This document shows positions 60,261-64,000 of a DNA stretch of 64,000 nucleotides, piece after piece (position 1 is the first letter of the stretch; every line of letters starts with the position of its first letter). The position numbers and the translations under genes are program-made. The notes under the pieces are model-generated. The model worked only from the letters and a program-made list of their open reading frames with translations, was not told the DNA's origin and ran no database searches. Source of the DNA: an uncultured delta proteobacterium (GTDB lineage: Bacteria > Desulfobacterota > Desulfobacteria > Desulfobacterales > UBA2156); assembly GCA_963736855.1 (NCBI GenBank), contig CAVTQK010000009.1, forward strand, positions 64,001 to 128,000, written 5' to 3'.

Positions 60261-60779
60261 ATGGTTTTCTTGAAGTGGATGGACAAGGTCGTTCTGCAGG
60301 CGCTTAAGACGTTGACCATGGTGTGTTTCATCGCTCTCACGGTCCTGGTTTCCGCCAATGTCTTTGTGCGCTTTTTTCCGGTGGCCTCGCTGCACTGGTT
60401 CGATGAGATCATCGAGCTCCTATACGCCTATCTGGTTTTTTACGGAGCGGCGGCGTTGTGGATCACGCGCGAGCACTTCAGCGTCGGTGACTGGATTGGT
60501 AAAAAAGTTATTAAGGATGCATCCGCCCGGCATGCCTATAGGCTGGTTGTTGAGGTACTGACGCTGGTGTTTGTTCTGGTTTTCTTTTACTATTCCTTTC
60601 GGCTCACCGTCATGGCCCGAGACGTGACCAATGTCTTTGCCATGCCCAAGAGAATCCTCTACTCCTGCATGCCGATCGCTGCCGCGGTAATGGTCGTTTA
60701 TTCCATTCGCAACATCATCCATGAGATTATCCCTTTGGTCCGCTGGACGACGGACGAAACAGAAGTTCGGAAAACCTAA
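60261..60779 (+). CDS. dctQ: TRAP small permease
   Basis: 4 TM, NVFVRF, WFDEI, H motif. Confidence 0.9.
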   Translation: MVFLKWMDKVVLQALKTLTMVCFIALTVLVSANVFVRFFPVASLHWFDEIIELLYAYLVFYGAAALWITREHFSVGDWIGKKVIKDASARHAYRLVVEVLTLVFVLVFFYYSFRLTVMARDVTNVFAMPKRILYSCMPIAAAVMVVYSIRNIIHEIIPLVRWTTDETEVRKT

Positions 60780-60799
60780 ATTTCGATGCATAAGGGGTC

Positions 60800-61567
60800 A
60801 TGCACATGACACTTGAACATTTCAGCTTGGCGGGGAAAGTCGCTGTCGTCACCGGCGGCACGATCGGGCTGGGCGAGGCCATGGCCTTCGGTTTGGCGGA
60901 GGCCGGCGCGGATATAGCCGCCGTTTACTACCTGGATTTGCCTCGGGATGTGGAAAAATTCAATCGCCTGGGGAGAAGGTGGCTTGGGGTCGAAGCCGAC
61001 CTTTCCAGCATTAAACCGGTCAACGACATCGTCAATAAGGTGGTGGACGCGTACGGCCGCATCGACATCCTGGTCAACAACGCCGGCATCATTCGGCGCA
61101 ACCGGTCCATCGACTTCACGGAGAAAGACTGGGACGAGGTCATGGACATCAACCTGAAAACCCTGTTCTTCCTGTCCCAGGCCGTTGCCAGGCAGTTTCT
61201 CAAGCAGGGTAACGGCGGCAAGATCATCAACATCGCCTCGATGCTGTCCTTTCAGGGCGGCATCCTCGTGCCTTCCTACACCGCCAGCAAAAGCGGAGTC
61301 ATGGGGTTGACGCGGCTGCTTGCTTGCGAGTGGGCGCCGCACAGGATCAACGTCAACGCGATCGCCCCGGGGTACATGGCCACTCGGAATACGCAGGCCA
61401 TTCAGGACGATCCCGTCCGCAGCAAGCAGATCCTGGAGCGCATCCCCGTCGGTCGGTGGGGCAAGCCGGACGACCTGAAGGGAGCCGTCGTTTTCCTGGC
61501 CTCCGAAGCGTCGAATTACGTACAGGGGCACACCCTGGCGGTGGACGGCGGCTGGCTGGCGCGCTGA
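60800..61567 (+). CDS. kduD: 2-dehydro-3-deoxy-D-gluconate 5-dehydrogenase
   Basis: TGGTIGLG, NNAGIIRR, IASMLSFQGGILVPSYTASK, NAIAPGYMAT, VDGGWLAR. Confidence 0.96.
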   Translation: MHMTLEHFSLAGKVAVVTGGTIGLGEAMAFGLAEAGADIAAVYYLDLPRDVEKFNRLGRRWLGVEADLSSIKPVNDIVNKVVDAYGRIDILVNNAGIIRRNRSIDFTEKDWDEVMDINLKTLFFLSQAVARQFLKQGNGGKIINIASMLSFQGGILVPSYTASKSGVMGLTRLLACEWAPHRINVNAIAPGYMATRNTQAIQDDPVRSKQILERIPVGRWGKPDDLKGAVVFLASEASNYVQGHTLAVDGGWLAR

Positions 61568-61670
61568 TGGTCCCGGAGCACGTGCTGAAGACATCTGAGC
61601 AGCTGTTTGATGAAAAGATCAACTATCTTTGCAGAAACCGTTGCCATTAAGAAATAGGATATCCGCAAGA

Positions 61671-62165
61671 TTATGATGGCAGACCCTTCAGCGGGTTGAT
61701 CCGGGCCTGCCGGACCTTCCAACGGCTGTTTTTCTTTGTCAGGGTCAACTCGAGTTCATAAATGTCGGCCTTTTTGCCCACAGCCGCAATCCATCCTTCC
61801 GGATCGTCGTAAAGCGTCTTGAGGTCGGGAAGGACATAGTCTTTTCGAAGGATTACAAAATACACCGTCGCGATGGCCGTCGTTTTTGGTTCGCCGATAT
61901 CTACCAGGGGTCGGGGATAGTAGAGTTTAAAATTCCCGTAATGCTGGAAAGCCCTGAAAAGAATGCCTCGAACGGCTTTGGGACCATGGTCTCCGGGCTG
62001 AGCTTTGAAATCGGGCGTTGCATATTCCATCAAGGAGCCTATGTCGTGCTTTTCCGCAAAACCGGCTCCTTCCCGAATCACTTGAAGAATCATGGACGCT
62101 TCGTCGCCTGAAGCGCAAGCAAAGAAAAGTAAAAAGAAGCATATGGCAGGTGCAACTTTTTTCAA
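61671..62165 (-). CDS. Putative lipoprotein (possibly NTF2/SnoaL-like)
   Basis: TTG start after GAGG; KKVAPAICFFLLFFA-C lipobox-like; ends ...ELTLTKKNSRWKVRQA. Confidence 0.6.
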   Translation of the reverse strand: MKKVAPAICFFLLFFACASGDEASMILQVIREGAGFAEKHDIGSLMEYATPDFKAQPGDHGPKAVRGILFRAFQHYGNFKLYYPRPLVDIGEPKTTAIATVYFVILRKDYVLPDLKTLYDDPEGWIAAVGKKADIYELELTLTKKNSRWKVRQARINPLKGLPS

Positions 62166-62287
62166 TTCGACCTCAGCGCGATCAAATTCTGAAAAAAATA
62201 TAGCGCGTTTGGAAAGCCGCTTCAAGAAAGAATATCGGGGTCTTGCAAGAGTCGGATTCGGAAGTGCCGTTGATTTTTTTTAAGATA

Positions 62288-62301
62288 TTGACTTAAGTCA
62301 A
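62288..62301. promoter_or_regulatory. HcpR/Fnr-type binding site upstream of hcp
   Basis: Perfect palindrome TTGACTTAAGTCAA (TTGA-N6-TCAA) about 130 bp before the hcp ATG. Confidence 0.7.
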
Positions 62302-62428
62302 GGCCAAAGGTTGAAACATCCAATAAGATCCTTTCCAGACAAGCGAGAAACCTGAAATGAAATCCCGTGCTCGGTTCAGCCTTTTTTAAAATCGAGCCGG
62401 AAATGAAAATCCCAAAAGGAGGTTTACC

Positions 62429-64000
62429 ATGTTTTGTTTTCAGTGCGAACAGACGGCTAAGGGAGAAGGGTGCACCAAACTGGGCGTATGCGGCAAGCAG
62501 CCCGAGACGGCGGTGCTCCAGGATCTGCTTATTTATACCATGAAGGGGCTGTCCCAGGTGGCGGTGGAGGGACGCAGGAAGGGCATTGTTGACGACGCGG
62601 TCAATAAGCTGAGCGCAGAGGCGATCTTTTCCACCCTGACTAATGTGGATTTCGATTCGGATCGTTTCGTGGCCCTGATCCGGGAAGTGGTTGCTCAGAG
62701 GGAGACCCTCAAGAAAAAGGTCCGGTCCGCCGGCGGGAATACCGATTTCGGCGGCGGTCCGGCCAATTTTATGCCGGCAGCCACTAAAGAAGAGATGATC
62801 GCCCAAGGAGAAAAAGTCGGTGTCAAATCCGATCCGAGCATCGACCCGGACGTTTTAGGACTGAGGGAACTCTTGATTTACGGCCTCAAGGGGGTGGCCG
62901 CCTATGCCGATCATGCTCTGATTCTGGGACAAAAGGACGATGCGGTTTATGCGTTTATCCATGAGGCGCTGGCCGCCACGATGGACAAAGGCCTGGGAGT
63001 CAATGACTTCGTGAAGCGGGTTCTGAAATGCGGTGAGGTCAATCTGCGTGCCATGGAACTCCTCGACGCAGGCAACACCGGGACTTTCGGACATCCGGTA
63101 CCCACGGCCGTTCCGCTTGGCCATAAAAAGGGGAAGGCCATCCTGATTTCCGGCCATGATCTCAAGGATCTGGACACTTTACTCCAGCAAACCCAGGGAA
63201 AGGGCATCTACATATACACTCACGGGGAGATGCTTCCGTGCCATGGGTATCCCAAGCTCAAGAAATACCCGCATTTTTTCGGCCACTATGGAACGGCATG
63301 GCAGAATCAGGCTAAGGAATTTGATACATTTCCCGGCGCCATCCTGATGACCACCAACTGCATCCAGAAACCCCGGGATTCCTATAAAGATCGAATTTTT
63401 ACCACTGGATTGGTGGGTTGGCCCGGGGTGACCCATGTTTCCAATGGGGATTTTTCACCGGTGATCCGAAAGGCCCTGGAGCTTCCCGGGTTTGTCGAGG
63501 ACAACGAAACGAAATCGGTCATGGTGGGCTTTGCCCGAAACGCTGTACTTGGTGTGGCCGGAAAGGTCATCGAAGCCGTTAAAAGCAAAGCGATCCGCCA
63601 CTTTTTCCTGGTGGGCGGGTGTGACGGCGCCAAGCCGGGACGGGATTACTACACGCAGTTTGTGGAGCAGGTGCCCAAGGACTGCATGGTGCTCACGCTG
63701 GCCTGCGGAAAGTTCCGCTTTTTCGACAAAGACCTTGGAAATATCGGCGGAATCCCTCGCCTGTTGGACATCGGGCAGTGCAACGATGCCTATTCGGCCA
63801 TTCAGATCGCATCGGCCCTGGCCGGAGCCTTCAACTGCGGGGTCAATGACCTGCCGCTTTCGATGATTCTGTCATGGTATGAGCAGAAGGCGGTCGCCAT
63901 CCTCCTGACGCTGCTCCATTTGGGGATAAAAAACATTCGCCTGGGGCCCAGCCTCCCCGCATTTGTTACTCCCAACGTGTTGAAAGTTTTAGTGGAAAAT
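62429..64000 (+). CDS. hcp: Hybrid cluster protein (hydroxylamine reductase), 3' truncated by window edge; absent from ORF track
   Basis: AAGGAGG RBS; MFCFQCEQTAKGEGCTKLGVCGK, STLTNVDFD, ISGHDL, THGEMLP, TTNC, GGCDG, GQCND, SWYEQKA; start and last codon in the same frame. Confidence 0.97.
   Translation, partial: MFCFQCEQTAKGEGCTKLGVCGKQPETAVLQDLLIYTMKGLSQVAVEGRRKGIVDDAVNKLSAEAIFSTLTNVDFDSDRFVALIREVVAQRETLKKKVRSAGGNTDFGGGPANFMPAATKEEMIAQGEKVGVKSDPSIDPDVLGLRELLIYGLKGVAAYADHALILGQKDDAVYAFIHEALAATMDKGLGVNDFVKRVLKCGEVNLRAMELLDAGNTGTFGHPVPTAVPLGHKKGKAILISGHDLKDLDTLLQQTQGKGIYIYTHGEMLPCHGYPKLKKYPHFFGHYGTAWQNQAKEFDTFPGAILMTTNCIQKPRDSYKDRIFTTGLVGWPGVTHVSNGDFSPVIRKALELPGFVEDNETKSVMVGFARNAVLGVAGKVIEAVKSKAIRHFFLVGGCDGAKPGRDYYTQFVEQVPKDCMVLTLACGKFRFFDKDLGNIGGIPRLLDIGQCNDAYSAIQIASALAGAFNCGVNDLPLSMILSWYEQKAVAILLTLLHLGIKNIRLGPSLPAFVTPNVLKVLVEN

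Overview
Chromosomal window from an anaerobic deltaproteobacterium, most likely Desulfobacterota (inferred from gene content and order). In order it holds: a TAXI-TRAP transporter; glnS with tRNA-Gln(CTG); a Wood-Ljungdahl/ACDS cluster on the minus strand (CoA-transferase-like/GNAT fusion, RACo activator, acsD, acsA/cooS, acsB, acsC, acsE, DUF3786); a plant-type hydroxypyruvate reductase; a mixed minus-strand operon; an intact dcw cluster (mraZ to ftsZ, no ddl) followed by a radical SAM gene; carbamate kinase; an AT-richer accessory block (secreted zincin protease, two secreted unknowns, Lnt-like enzyme, PDZ/GAF sensor kinase with a 5-Cys insert); a kdgK-IclR-kduI-TRAP-kduD uronate island; and the 5' part of hcp. 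Many single-base indels cluster at about 9.9-14.2 kb and 47.3-52.8 kb and are most likely consensus errors. The best candidates for novelty are the protease/Lnt/PDZ-kinase block, the apparently catalytically dead CoA-transferase fused to a Pat-type acetyltransferase at the head of the ACDS cluster, and the long helical-repeat tail on AcsD. No CRISPR array, rRNA, integrase or transposase was seen. All family assignments come from motif recognition by eye, with no database search.
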